Source of the DNA: Octopus sinensis
Lineage: Eukaryota
DNA: 64,000 nucleotides
NCBI RefSeq assembly: GCF_006345805.1
Contig: NC_042998.1
Span: 97,774,001 to 97,838,000, forward strand
Reading direction: 5' to 3'
Shown here: positions 35,250-48,763 of the stretch, piece by piece
Layout of the letters: each line of letters opens with the position of its first letter
How positions within the stretch are numbered: the stretch's first letter is position 1
The notes under the pieces: model-generated
The model's input: the letters and a program-made list of their open reading frames with translations, nothing else
Told to the model about the DNA's origin: nothing
The model's database searches: none
Position numbers and translations under genes: made by a program

Positions 35250-35575
35250 TTGACCCATTCGGTCATGAATGACCATGGGATTGCACCTAGAAAGTTACCC
35301 TCCTAGACACAAGTCCGGGCAAGGTTGTTTTATGGAAGGCCAGCAGTCGCCCATGCATACAGCCTCCCCTCTCCACGCCACCAGTGTTATACAAGGGAAA
35401 GACAAAGGTCGATACAGCTTGGCACCTGTGACGTCGCAACTCATTTCTACAGCTGAGTGAACTGGAGCAACGTGAAATAAAGTGCCTTGCTTGAGAACAC
35501 AACACACAGCCCGGTCCGGGATTCGAGCTCACAACCTCACGATCGTAAGCTCGACGCTCTAACCACTGAGCCATA
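35250..35575 (-). mobile_element. tRNA-headed SINE (family C-type head, different 3' half)
   Basis: The minus-strand head reads TGGCTCAGTGGTTAGAGCGTCGAGCTTACGATCGTGAGGTTGTGAGCTCGAATCCCGG, followed by ctcaagcaaggcactttatttcacgttgctccag. Confidence 0.8.
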
Positions 35576-35650
35576 TACATATATATATATATAATATATA
35601 TATGTATATAGTATTATATATATATATATGTATAATATATATATATATAT

Positions 35651-35693
<43 letters not shown>

Positions 35694-35779
35694 TATATAT
35701 ATGTATAATACATATTCATATATATATATATAATATATATTATATATATATGTATAATATAATAATAATATATTATATA

Positions 35780-36018
<239 letters not shown>

Positions 36019-36025
36019 AAGGGAA

Positions 36026-36080
36026 TTTTGTTTATCTTAATTTTGAAAAATTTTATTTTTCAAAATTAAGATAAACAAAA
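36026..36080. repeat. Perfect 25-bp-arm hairpin
   Basis: TTTTGTTTATCTTAATTTTGAAAAA-TTTTA-TTTTTCAAAATTAAGATAAACAAAA. Confidence 0.9.
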
Positions 36081-36191
36081 TGGCGGTGCCCCAGCATGCC
36101 ACAGCTCATAAGCTGAAACTGGAATCAATCAATCAATCAAATCTCTGCACTTCAAAAACTGTATCAAGTAATCCTCATAGATTTTCATATG

Positions 36192-36262
<71 letters not shown>

Positions 36263-36291
36263 AAAAAAGGAGATGTCGAACACGAGTGGTG

Positions 36292-36520
36292 ATATATAAA
36301 AAGGAATGAAGAAAATGCTGACAAATAATTGAAGTAATTTAAGTAATTTAATTAGGTGAAAGTTCTTTTTACCGGTTCGCGCATTTGTTAAGCTTATCAA
36401 AATATATGCTATATTTTGATAAGCATAACAAATGCGCAACCGGAAAAAGAACTTTCACCTAATTAAATTACTTAATTACTTCAATTATTTGTCAGCATTT
36501 TCTACATTTCCTTTTTAATA
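36292..36520. repeat. Near-perfect fold-back with ~112-bp arms and a 3-nt loop
   Basis: Centre CAAAATATA-TGC-TATATTTTG at 36398-36418; the arms differ by a few single-base indels and substitutions. Confidence 0.9.
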
Positions 36521-36549
36521 TATATATATAAATATATATATACACATAT

Positions 36550-36580
<31 letters not shown>

Positions 36581-36654
36581 CACATATATATATTCTTTTA
36601 GCTTTTATTTGTTTCAGTCATTAGACTGCGGCCATGCTGGGGCACCATATATAA

Positions 36655-37528
36655 TATATGGCTAACTGGTTCGTAGAGCACCTCCAAGACATCAGACTTG
36701 GCAATGACACCCCGGTCTTGTGCCATTTACGCTCTACCAGTCATTCACTACAACATCTGTCTGTGCTCAGATTGTCTTTGCATAGTGGCCATCCAGACTC
36801 CTGCCTTTGCCGTGAACAGGAATTAATCTTCTCTCTTTGCTCGTTTGCTCAACTCCCCTCCTCTCTTCATCTGACTCCCATCCTCTCCTCTCTTGCTCTG
36901 TCACCTACTTCCTCTCTTCACTCCTACCCACTTTCTCTCCTCATTGATACTCTCCTCCATCCACCCCACCCCCATACATCCCATTCCTACATGCCCCACC
37001 CTTACCCCCACTTCCACATCTTCACCCCACCCCACATCACACACTGCCATGTCACATCACCCCACACCACTCCACACACTAGCACTAACCACTTCCCAGC
37101 ACCCACACCACACATCACCATCTGCACACCCACACATTACCACACACCCACACATTACCACACACCCACACATTACAAATGCACATGCATCCACACATCA
37201 AAGTCACCAGCCCCTATCCACACACACACACACACTTACACATTCTCACATGCATGTACAGCTTTGTTTTGAGATCACCAATACTTTATTATCTCCCCTT
37301 CTTTCTACCTTTCCTGTCAAAAATTTTTTCCCAACCAGCTGCCATGCCTGTTCTCTAAATCCACAATTTTTTTTATTCTCTCTCTGTTTATTTTCTATCA
37401 TTCCTTTCTGTTGAGGAACATAGGCTCGAAATGTAAAAGACTTTCTCACTTTCCTGAGTGTCAAGCTAATACATCTGCTTGTCGTTCTTATGCCTGTCTT
37501 CGTCTTTTGTTTTTCTGTAAATTTTAAC
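36655..37528 (+). mobile_element. Second decayed Neptune-type PLE 3' fragment (GIY-YIG C-terminus, CA-rich UTR, degenerate HHR)
   Basis: ANWFVEHLQDIRLGNDTPVLCHLRSTSHSLQHLSVLRLSLHSGHPDSCLCREQELIFSL; colinear with the reverse complement of 31843-32800. Confidence 0.85.
37404..37439 (+). ncRNA. Degenerate minimal type I hammerhead relic
   Basis: CUUU-CUGUUGA-G-GAAC[AUAG]GCUC-GAAA-UG-UA/AAAG. Stem I CUUU/AAAG and the GAAA box are intact. Confidence 0.6.
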
Positions 37529-37940
37529 ACACCCATATATATAATTGTGCTGTAGCATAAAAAACAGACTATTCTTCAGATTGCTTCATGCTGGTTAATA
37601 TATTATATATACAGATGTGAAGGCACGTGGCTTAGTAGTTAAGGTGTTGCACTCACGATTGTGTGATCATGGGTTCGATTCCCAGACCGGGCATTGCGCT
37701 GTATTCTGGAGCAAAGCACTTCATTTCATGTTGCTCAACAATCATTTCAACAAATCATCTGTGTGGTTGTTCAGCAAGAAATTGTTGAACCCTCATATGT
37801 GATCTAATGATGGGAGAGTCCATCATATAGATAGATAGATATGTATGTGTATATGTGTGAATGTATAAATATGTGTATATCTATATGTATATCTATGTAT
37901 ATACATATATATATATATATGTATATGTATTATGTATGTG

Positions 37941-37972
<32 letters not shown>

Positions 37973-38437
37973 CTGTGTGACTGTGATTTTCTCCTGTTGC
38001 TTGACAACCTGTGTCGGTTTGTTTGCTTTCCCAAAATTTAGCAGCTTAGCAAAAAGAGCTTGACAGAATAAGGACCAAAGTTACAATAAATAATGGGAAC
38101 AATTTAATCAATTCAAACTTTTCCTGGTGGGGCCTTATCATGGCACCAGTCAAATAAGTGTAAGTGAAAGAATTAAAAGAAAAGAACTTTACTCTTTTAT
38201 TGGTTTCAGCCAGTTGACTGTGGCCATGCTGGAGCACCATCTTGAGTGGTTTAATCAATTAAATCAAGCCCAGCACTTATGTTTTTAACTCTGGTTACAG
38301 TCTTTATTTGCCATACTACTAAATTATAGGGTATAAACAAACCAATTGTATAATGGGGATGGGGGAAACAAATACAGATACACATATGGTATATACATAA
38401 ACATACACACGCACACATGTGTGTGTGAGTGTATATC

Positions 38438-38483
<46 letters not shown>

Positions 38484-38499
38484 AATCTATCTATCTATC

Positions 38500-38960
38500 T
38501 ATCAACATCATAATCGTTTAACAACCATTTTCCATGCTGGCATGGGTTGGATCATTTGACTGAGAACTAGCAAGCCAGGCTGCACCAGGCTCCAATCTGA
38601 TCTAGCAAGGTTTCTACAGCTGGATGCCCTTCCTAATACCAACCACTTTGAGAATGTAGTGGGTGCTTTTTATGTGCCACCAGCATGGGGGCCAGTCAGG
38701 CAACACTGGCATTGTCCAATCTCAAATGGTGCTTTTTATGTGCCATATATATATATCATCATCATCATCATCATCATCATCGTTGTTTAACGTCCATTTT
38801 CCATGCTGGCATGGGTTGGACGGTTTGACTGAGGTTTGGAGAGCCAGTGGCAGCACCAGGCTCCAATCTGATCTAGATGCCCTTCCTAACGCCAACCACT
38901 CTGAGAGTGTAGTGGGTGCTTTTTACGTGCCACTGGCATAGTCAGGCGGGCCTGGCATCG
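38500..38960 (-). mobile_element. Two tandem RTE 3' end fragments
   Basis: The ttttccatgctggcatgggttgga...gatgcccttcctaa..ccaaccact block occurs twice; the second copy has a (CAT)n tract. Confidence 0.75.
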
Positions 38961-38982
38961 ATCATATCTATATCTATATCTT

Positions 38983-39049
<67 letters not shown>

Positions 39050-40309
39050 CTCTCTCTCTATATATATATATAATGTGCAAGTGTATGTTTGTGTGAGTGA
39101 GTTCATGTTTTCCTTCTCTTGACATGTGTTTGCTGTTTGTGCAACAAAAGCATCACTGTTCTTTCTTGCTTGCAATCCACCTCAAAAACATGCCCAGGTT
39201 TCTTGACATATTGAATGATCTTTGTAAACAGAGGCACATCCATATAGTGTCATTTGATTCCAGTTCTCCACACAATTATGTTCAAACTGTTCATTGTTCA
39301 ATAGATTGGGGAATTATAGTTTTGCTTGGAAACAGATGAAAGTTGGAACCAGAAAGGGTGTTTGGTTGTAGAAATTCTGTCCCAAGATATCTTGTCTGAT
39401 CCATGCAAGCATGGAAAAGTAGACAGTAAATGATGATGATGATGATGATGATATATGTCGTATTGGAAATGCAGCTATGTTCTAAATTAATCAAGTTTTT
39501 TCTTTTGTTTCCTCATATCTGTGTATCAGACCTTTATAGTTTGTTTGAATAATAAAGTTCTTAAATTCCTCTTTATCAATGCTTCTAGCTTATCTCAAAC
39601 TCATTTTTAGGATGTGAAATAGTTTTGGCTCCTCTGCTACCCTTTTTATAGTGAGTGGATTATGTTTAATCTTAGCACTATAAAAAGAGTAGCACAGAAA
39701 GAAAAAAAAAACCAACATCCTAAAGATAAGGCTGAGATAGACTAGAAATGTTGATAAACATGATTTTGAGTACTATAAGGGTCTGATATACATATATGTA
39801 ATAAATTAATAAAGTGATTATATCAGAACACTGGCATATTTTCAACACAGCATGTCTAAAATAAAATCTGTTCCTCATATACTCAAATGCATGTATAAGC
39901 ACACACACACACACACACATGCACGTGCTCACTCACACACACACACACACACACACATGTATACACATATTCATTCATACATGTATACACAAAGTGTCCA
40001 GAAGCTTAGCATATCTATATCTGTATGTATGTATTTATGTATGTATGTATGTATGTATCTCTGTTATTTTGGAAAGCAATGTCATGCAGAAGTAAACACT
40101 AGAGAAACTAAATAAGGAATTTAATTTTGATTTTTTAATCATAATCATTTCTTTTGTATCACTGTGGCTTTTAGATAAGTTATGAGTATCACAGTTTCTC
40201 AATTGGTAATGATTAGCATAAGATTTGTATGTATTTTTTTCATAAAAAGACTGGTGATTAATGAAAATGTGTTCTTGCTTTCTTAAAGCTTATATGTTAA
40301 TTTTGGCTT

Positions 40310-40730
40310 CAAATTTTGGCACAAGGCCAGAAACGTCAGGGAAAGGAGGTAAGTGGATTACATTGATCCCAGTGTTCAACTGCTACAAAAGGATGAAAGG
40401 CAAAGTTGAGCCCAGCGGCATTTGAACTCAGAATGTAAAGCTGGAAGAAATGCTGCTAAGCATTTTCTCTGGTGCAGTAATGATTCTGTTTCCTTGCCAC
40501 TTTAACTTATATGTTGGTTTCATATTTTGGTACGTGGCCAGCTCTTTCAAGGGAGGGGCTAAATCAATTCAATTAACCCCAGTGTTCAATTGTTACTTAC
40601 TTTATTGACCCCAAAAGGATGAAAGGCAAAGTTAACTCCAGTGGCATTTGAACCCAGAATGTAAAGACGGATAAAATTCCACTAAGCATTTTCCTGACAT
40701 GCTAACAATCCTACCAGCTTACCACCTTCG
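40310..40730 (-). mobile_element. Two tandem family-B SINEs
   Basis: The ggcacaaggcc..aaaggatgaaaggcaaag..atttgaactcagaatgtaaag..ctaagcattt block occurs twice. Confidence 0.75.
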
Positions 40731-41114
40731 CCTTAACCCTTTCCTTACCATATTTATTTTGAGATGCTCTGTGTTTCTTTCAATTACTTTAAATATAACA
40801 AAGAATTTAGTAAAATAACTTAATTAGCTAGTGTTAGGAATATAAATTGTGACTAAGGTTTGGTGGAAGAGTTTAATTAAAAACTTATGGAAACAAGACA
40901 TTTGTAAGGGAATGAAAACTAAAAACATTTTTATTCCCTTAGAAATTGCTCTTAACTGTGGTTTGGACTTTTTGACTGTTCCTTCAAGTATGTAAGGTGA
41001 CCTGTTAAGGCTCACCTCTTTTGTGTTTAAATGTACATTAATTTTTATATGTAAAAAAATAATGTATATATGTATATGTATATATATATATACATACATA
41101 TATATATGTATATA

Positions 41115-41168
<54 letters not shown>

Positions 41169-41220
41169 GTATGTATATGTATATATATATGTATGTATAT
41201 GTATGTATATATATATACAT

Positions 41221-41255
<35 letters not shown>

Positions 41256-41281
41256 CATACATATATATATGTATGTGTATA

Positions 41282-41324
<43 letters not shown>

Positions 41325-41325
<1 letters not shown>

Positions 41326-41830
41326 GTCAGGTCACTTTCAAGTGCTACTGGTAACATGTAACCCAGTACAACCTGTTGCATGGTCAGGTCATTGGTGACT
41401 AAACCGGCAACCCCACCAAGCTTGCTTGGTGAGGAGGGTGTTTATTGGACACCCTGCGGGATGAAAAACAAAACCCGTCAAAGGGTGGAGGAACTCTTGA
41501 GAGTCAACGACCATCCAATAAATGTCTTAAGGCTGTATCATGCGCGGAGACATAGAAATAATCGGACTGAATACCCGATTGCACGGTTAAACCATTGGGA
41601 GTGAAGGACTCCTAGCCTTTGTTAGGGCATCCTTCTAGGAGAAGGTAACTCAGGTAACTGGGATAACTCCGATATAAAACCTGCAGCTCAGTGGTTACCG
41701 ATGATGTTGACTTGTTCTTCGTTTCGGATTATGGCTGCTGTTACTTAGTGAGTGGGATTGACTCAGTGCACAGCCTTTCCTCACTTTAAAACAAATCTTC
41801 TTGCACAGGCATTGCACGATAACAACATTG
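41325..41830 (+). mobile_element. Interspersed repeat resembling an RTE-type 5' leader
   Basis: GC-richer block between microsatellites containing gttagggcatccttctaggagaaggtaactc, which recalls RTE 5' region motifs from my recollection; no ORF. Confidence 0.35.
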
Positions 41831-41904
41831 ATTAAGCTTTGTGCAATGGCCATACTCGATACCGGGGGGCAGCCACCATATATATATATATATGTACATA
41901 AAAG

Positions 41905-42895
41905 TGTACATACACTGCTGTATTTTATATATAAAAAAATTTAAAAATGGGACAAGAACGCAAAATATCCAGACAGTTAGGTGACATAAAAAAGGGACAA
42001 CAAAACATCCAGACAGATGATACAAGGAAAACAAGGATGGGTCATTCGGAGTTTTCTATCCTCAGTCAAGTTCCAGATTATCTTTGCAATTTTAGTTGGT
42101 TATAATCAAGATTGCATCAATCTAACCAGCCCCAAGGAAAAAATAAGTTAAGAACAGTAGATTCCTTGGAAGAAAGCAGTGAATGTACATGATGACAAGG
42201 ATGGAAAAAAAACTGAGAAATGTTACACAAATACAAATGCAATTAACAGGACATAACAGGTGTCTTTCAACTATGGACAAATTAATTTAAGATGGCATGT
42301 GTGGAAGTAAAGCCTTACGGTAAGGGCATAAGATTTAACAGGCACAGGGAGGAATATAGATGTTGCATAGATGGTAGTCGATCCAAAAAAATAATGGTCA
42401 GGCTTGGCCGAACACTGGTCACATGGGGGAGAGAAGAGAGAGAGGTAGAAGCAGAGGGATAGAAGAATTAAGGAGGGGTGAGAAAAAAATGAAAGAGATG
42501 CAGTGAAGTGAAAGAAGGAAAGTGAGCTTGAAGAGAAGGCCAGGAAATGTGAGAGAAGGGGAATGAAAGAATGAAGAGTGGAATGAATGAAGTGTGAAAG
42601 GGCTGATAGAAAGAAGGAAACAATGAAAGAATACAAAGAATAATAGAGTTGTACAAAATTTAGATATAAATATGCTTACATATAAAAGACCAAAGTGTAT
42701 GTACGCTGCTATATTTTATATATAAAAAATACAAAAATGGGACAAGAACGCAAAACATCCAGACAGTTTGGTGATACAAAAAAGGGACAACAAAACATCC
42801 AGACAGACGATACAAGGAAAATAAGGACAGGTCATTCGGAGTTTTCTATCCTCAGTTGAGTTCCAGATTATCTTTGCAATTTCGGTTGGTTATAC
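41905..42895. repeat. Element with ~200-bp internal direct repeats (about 41905-42105 and 42700-42895) around a GA-rich spacer
   Basis: aaaatgggacaagaacgcaaaa..ccagacag..aaagggacaacaaaacatccagacaga..gtcattcggagttttctatcctcag..ttccagattatctttgcaattt occurs twice. Confidence 0.75.
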
Positions 42896-42985
42896 TTGGG
42901 ATGTTTTGTGGGAGTTTGGTGAGAGAGGTTGTCAGAGTTTGGCCAGAGAGGTTATCGAAGGGAGAGGCATCTTTGTTCCAAAATT

Positions 42986-43215
42986 TCAGTCTTGTAGGGC
43001 TTCGTGGTACACAATGTTTTTGGTTTTGCTGTTGGGTGCATAGATGAATAAATTTTCCATATTTCCAACTCTAGAGTATCTGACAAAGAGCTGTTCATCA
43101 GAAAAAGCAGGATTGGGACACACTTATTAAATACGTTCCGGAATCAAAAATTTATCTACTGTCATTGAAAAAGTTTAACTGGGAAAATGCAGAATTATCA
43201 GAGTTATGGGCATTC
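42986..43215 (-). mobile_element. Helitron Rep/Hel helicase C-terminal relic
   Basis: The minus strand gives degenerate LHFPVKL.F.MT..K, then NPAFSDEQLFVRYSRVGNMENLFIYAPNSKTKNIVYHEALQD*. This matches the PIF1-like Helitron C-terminus (FPV.L.FAMTINK...FSHGQLYV..SRV...KTKNIVY.EAL). Confidence 0.65.
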
Positions 43216-44186
43216 AAAGTGTAATCAAATTTAATTGAAAACCCTGCATGTATTGCCAGTATTTAGTTACTTGGAGATGTTGAAAAAATGTCTATTAATC
43301 CTATGTCTAAATTCATTACAGCAATATGTATATAACTGTTTAGGTACTGAAGTAGCATAGCGGAAGAATAATTGTTTGATTTAGTAAATATCAAACATAA
43401 TGAATCAGAGATTTGCTTGAGATCACCATTGTTGCATTAGAGCAGCTTGTGAAGTAGAAGTACCCATTCATATTTTTACTCATCGTGGCATTTTAAAGGT
43501 TAACTTTATCAAGGCTATTTTATTAAAGCTAGTATATAAATGTAGTGTATATATAAGCACAAAAAAGTAAGTATATAAATGTATAAATGAAGTCTTTAAG
43601 GTTTAAGATTCAAATCAAGAAAGTGCAATAATAAGGTTTAGTGGTTCAAAACAGTGAGTAGTAAAATGCAGAATTAATTCTGCTGATCATGACAATCAAA
43701 TATTGATCGCTTCGCTAAAAACTGACAATTGTAAGTGCAGGTGCTATGGGTTAATTTCCTTTGGGTGTTTAAATAAAATATATTAGTTATATGTAGTAGA
43801 TAAAAGGATCCCTTCCAGGGGTTCTATTATCGAACCTGCTCATCAATAAAAAATGCACATTTGAAACAACTGTAGTGAACCACAATCCATCTGTTATTTG
43901 TTTATCTCTCCTCTAACTCAGAACCTACAATTTATTTGGATCTCGAGTCTATTGAGTGTGGTGCGATAGGTGCAGTGAGAGTATACCCATATGTGACCTT
44001 GATGACTCATGTATTCAGTTGGCCATTTGTGATTGTACAAACAACTGGGATACAAATCCATGTCCACTTTAGTAAGCACATACATATTTATTTGTCCTTA
44101 AATGTTGTTTGTACACAATAACATTATCACTGACCTGACCTTGATCCTTACACTATTTAAGTACTTGATTCTCTTGAATCTTTGAA

Positions 44187-44225
<39 letters not shown>

Positions 44226-44499
44226 CACACACACCTTTTAGCTTTTATTTTTTTACTTGTTTCAGTCATTGAACTGCACCCGTGCTTGGGGGTGCCACCT
44301 TCAATGGTTTTGTTGTACAAAGCAACCCCAGTACCTATCTTTTAAGTCTTGTATTTATTCTAGTAATCTCTTTTGCTAAACTGTTTACTTATGAGGATGT
44401 AAATCAGTGTCAAGTAAAGTGGAGTGACAAATACTGATATGAAGACACACAAAAACATATATATTTATATGTGTATACTTATATATATATGTGTATATA

Positions 44500-44900
44500 T
44501 CATCATCATCATCACCATGATTTAGCACCCGTTGTCTATGCTGGGATGACTTGGACGGTTTGACCAGTGCTGGCAAGCTGGAAGGCTGCACCAGGCCCCA
44601 GTTTGATTTGGCATGATTTCTATGGCTGGATGTCCTTCCTAATGCCAACCACTCTCAGAGTGTAATGGATGTTTTTACATGCCACTAGCATGGGTGCCAT
44701 TTGCATGACACTGGTATCTGCCACAACTACAATTTTACTTGGTTTAATGGATCATCTTCTCAAGTACAACATAATGCCAAAGGTCTCGGTCATTGCCTTT
44801 GTGAGGTCTAACACTCAAAAGGAGCTTTTCATGTACCCTTAGTATTGGCCACATTGCCTCCATGATGCCCAATGCTTGAAAAGTACTTTTTAAGTGTCAC
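44500..44900 (-). mobile_element. RTE 3' end fragment
   Basis: (CAT)n plus the conserved RTE 3' UTR block. Confidence 0.7.
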
Positions 44901-44945
44901 CGGCACACACCACACACACACACACACACACTCATACACACACAC

Positions 44946-44978
<33 letters not shown>

Positions 44979-45264
44979 GTAGCAACAAAAGAATGTAACT
45001 GCCATATCAGATAAATAGAGGAATATTTATACATGTTGTAATTCAGAACAGACAGTAAAAAGTTGTCATTATAGTACTTGGAATTTCGAATGTAGGAGTC
45101 AAGAGCTATGATACATTCTCGTCAGCTATTAATGGCAGCAGATGCTATAAAAAAACCGTTGAATAAAAGGGTAGGTACTATAATAGGTAGAAAATGAAAA
45201 AAAGAAAAAGGATAAAAAATGCACGCATCCATATTTTCAAAATACATAGATATAAACCTCAATA

Positions 45265-45590
45265 TCATCATCATTGTCATCATCATTGTTTAACGTCTGC
45301 TTTCCATGCTTGCATGGGTTGGATGGTTTGACTGAGGACTGGCAAGCCAGATGGCTGCACCAGGCTCCAATCTGATCTGGCAGAGTTTCTGCAGGTGGAT
45401 GCCCTTCCTAAGGCCAACCACTCCAAAAGTGTAGTGGGTGCTTTTTACATACCTCCAGCATGAGGGCTAGTCAGGCAGTACTGGTGACAGCCATACTCAA
45501 ATGGTGTTTTTTATATGTCACCTGCACAGGATCCAGTCCAGCGGCACTGGCAACGGCCTTGCTTGAATGTTGTTTTTCATGAGTCACCAA
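45265..45590 (-). mobile_element. RTE 3' end fragment
   Basis: (CAT)n-like tract plus the conserved RTE 3' UTR block. Confidence 0.7.
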
Positions 45591-45595
45591 CACTG

Positions 45596-45680
<85 letters not shown>

Positions 45681-46081
45681 TGTGTGTATATATCTCTACG
45701 TATATATGTATATATATATATATGTATATATATATATACACATATATGTATGTATATATATATGTGTGTGTGTGTGTGTATATATATAAATATATATTTA
45801 TATATATACATACATATATATATATATATAAATATATATTTATATACACACACACATATATATATAAATATATACACACACACACACATATATACATACA
45901 TATATGTATAAACATATATATACACACACATATATATATATATACGTATAGATATATATATAAATACACATATATATAAATATATATACATACAGTATAT
46001 ACAGTATATACATGTATATATATATGTGTATATATATGTATATATATATATATGTGTGTATATATAAGTATGTATATATAT

Positions 46082-48557
46082 GCACGGGAATTCCTATGGG
46101 ACAGCTTGCTGAGTGCCACAGACCGAGTCTGTGGATGGTGCAAAGTCCCTTCCAGACCTAGAATTACGTGGTGGTGGAATAGTGCAGTAGATAAAGCCAT
46201 CTGTGAAAAGAGACGGGCCTGGAAAGCCTGGAAGGATGGGGGCAGCAGGGAACTGTACCAGATAGCCAAAAGGGAGGCTGGACGGCAGGTATACATAGCC
46301 AAAGATGTAGCAGAAAAGAAGAAGTTTGCCAATGTCCAGCGACGCGAGGATCAAAGAGCTGAAGTATTTCGGATTGCCAGACAGTGTGTCAGAGAAAATA
46401 GTGATGTTATAGGAGAGAAATGTGTCCGCATGGATGATGGGGCACTTGCTTTTACTGCTAGTGAAAAGAAAGAGCTTGGAGAAGCCATTATGAAAGACTG
46501 CTGAATGAGGAGAATGAATGGGAGGAGGAGAGCCTGCCAATGTTGACCCAGTAGAGGGACCAGCTACCCGAATAGACAGCTCCCTTGTAGATAAGGCAAT
46601 TAAGGATATGAAACCAGGCAAAGCCCCTGGCCTATCAGGAATCACTGCTGAGATGCTTAAAACAGCTGGCTATGTGGGCTATACCATAGTCACCCGCATT
46701 GTAAACCAGGTAGTTCACAATGGAGTCATACCCAATGACTGGTGCAGCAGCACCATAGTCAACTGCTACAAGGGTAAGGGTGATGCTCTAGATAGAAATA
46801 ACTACAGAGGTATCAAACTGTTGGACCAGGTGATGAAGGTCTCAGAGAAGGTCATAACCCATCTCATTAGGGAGAGAGTTTGTTTAGATGAAATGCAGTT
46901 CGGTTTTGTACCAGGTAGAAGCACCACTGACGCTATATTCCTGGTCCGACAACTGCAGGAGAAGTACCTAGCTAAGATAAACCCCTCTACATAGCTTTTG
47001 TAGACTTGGAGAAAGCCTTTGACAGGGTTCCCCGTTCCCTTATCTGGTGGTCGATGCGGAAACTGGAGATTGAAGAATGGCTAATAAGGGCTGTACAGGC
47101 TCTATACAGAGAGGCTGTCAGCAAGGTTAGGATTGGCAACGAATATAGTGAAGAATTCCGGGTAGAAGTAGGTGTGCACCAGGGCTCAGCCCTCAGTCCC
47201 CTTTTATTCATCATAGTCCTTCAGGCAATAACAGAGGAATTCAAAACGGGATGCCCCTGGGAGCTCCTCTATGCCGATGACCTAGCTCTCATAGCAGAAT
47301 CACTACCGGAACTAGAAGAGAAATTTCGGGTGTGGAAGCAAGGATTGGAATCAAAGGGCCTTAGAATAAATGTAGCAAAGACCAAAGTATTAGTAAGCAG
47401 CAAGAGATACTCAGCACACACCCCCTCGGGTAGGTGGCTCTGCTCAATCTGTAGGAAAGGTACAGGTAGAAACTCCATAAGATGCACCCAATGTAAGTTA
47501 TGGACACATAAGAGGTGCAGCAACATTAAAGGGAAATTAACAGATAAGATAGCTTTCATGTGCGGCAGATGCACAGGGACAATAGACACAACAGACACTC
47601 AGAAAACAGATTCCATCACACTCCAGGGAGAGAAACTAGAAGTAGTTGATAGTTTCCGCTACCTGGGTGACCAAGTTAGTAGCGAGGTGGATGCACAGAG
47701 AGTATCACCACTAGAATACGAATAGCCTGGGCAAAGTTCAGAAAGCTCCTACCCCTACTGGCAACAAAAGGTCTCTCCTCAGAGCGAAAGGTAGATTGTA
47801 TGATGCATGTGTGCGAACTGCCATGCTTCACGGTAATGAAACATGGGCTGTGACTGCAGAGGACATGCGTAGACTTGAAAGAAATGAAGCTAGCATGATC
47901 CGCTGGATGTGTAGTGTCAGTGTGCACGCAAGACAGAGTGTAAGCATCCTGAGAGAAATGCTGGATATAAGAAGCATCAGATGTGGTGTGCAAGAGCGAC
48001 GCTTGCGATGGTATGGTCATGTGCTGCGGATGGATGAAGAGAGATGTGTGAAGAAGTGCCACTCCCAAACAGTTGAAGGTATCAGGGGGAGAGGTAGACC
48101 CAGGAAGACATGGGATGAGGTAGTCAAGCATGACCTCAGAGCATTGGGCCTCACTGAGGCAATGGCGAAGGACCGAGATCTCTGGAGATATGCTGTGACT
48201 GCAAAGACCCGGGCTGCTTTCTGCAGCAATTCCACATACCCCCTACCCATTCAAAGTACCCCGGATCCCCAAAGTACCCCAGACCCCGTTGCCCCCGTGC
48301 CGCTGGCACGTTAAAAGCTCGAACCGATCGTGACCGATGCCGGACCCCCCGGCCCCTGTGCAGGTGGCACGTAAAAAGCACCCACTCCACTCACGGAGTG
48401 GTTGGCGTTAGGAAGGGCATCCAGCCGTAGAAACTCTGCCAGATCAGACTGGAGCCTGGAGCGGCCCCTGGCTTCCCAGACCCCGGTCGAACCGTCCAAC
48501 CCGTGCTAGCGCGGAAAACGGACGTTAAACGATGATGATGATGATGATGATGATGAT
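46082..48557 (+). mobile_element. 5'-truncated RTE-clade LINE (RT pseudogene with embedded PHD-like finger, 3' UTR, (GAT)n tail)
   Basis: ORF pieces 46052-46504, 46518-46994, 47006-47725 and 47796-48314 give KAPG..GITAEMLK, KGKGD....NYRGIKLL, QFGFVPGRSTTDAIF, DLEKAFDRVP, GVHQGSALSPLLF, ELLYADDL, FRYLG and RRLRWYGHVLRM..GRGRPRKTW. Broken by stops and frameshifts; no endonuclease domain; tail ends near 48557. Confidence 0.95.
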
Positions 48558-48653
48558 ATGTACATATGTATATATATATATATATATATATGTACATATG
48601 TATATATATATATATATATTATATATATATATGTATATATATGTATATATATG

Positions 48654-48763
<110 letters not shown>

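Noticed and set aside
42820-42870. CTGAGGA...GAAT motif on the minus strand of the direct-repeat element
   Set aside because: The second box is GAAU and the stems do not close; not called as an HHR.
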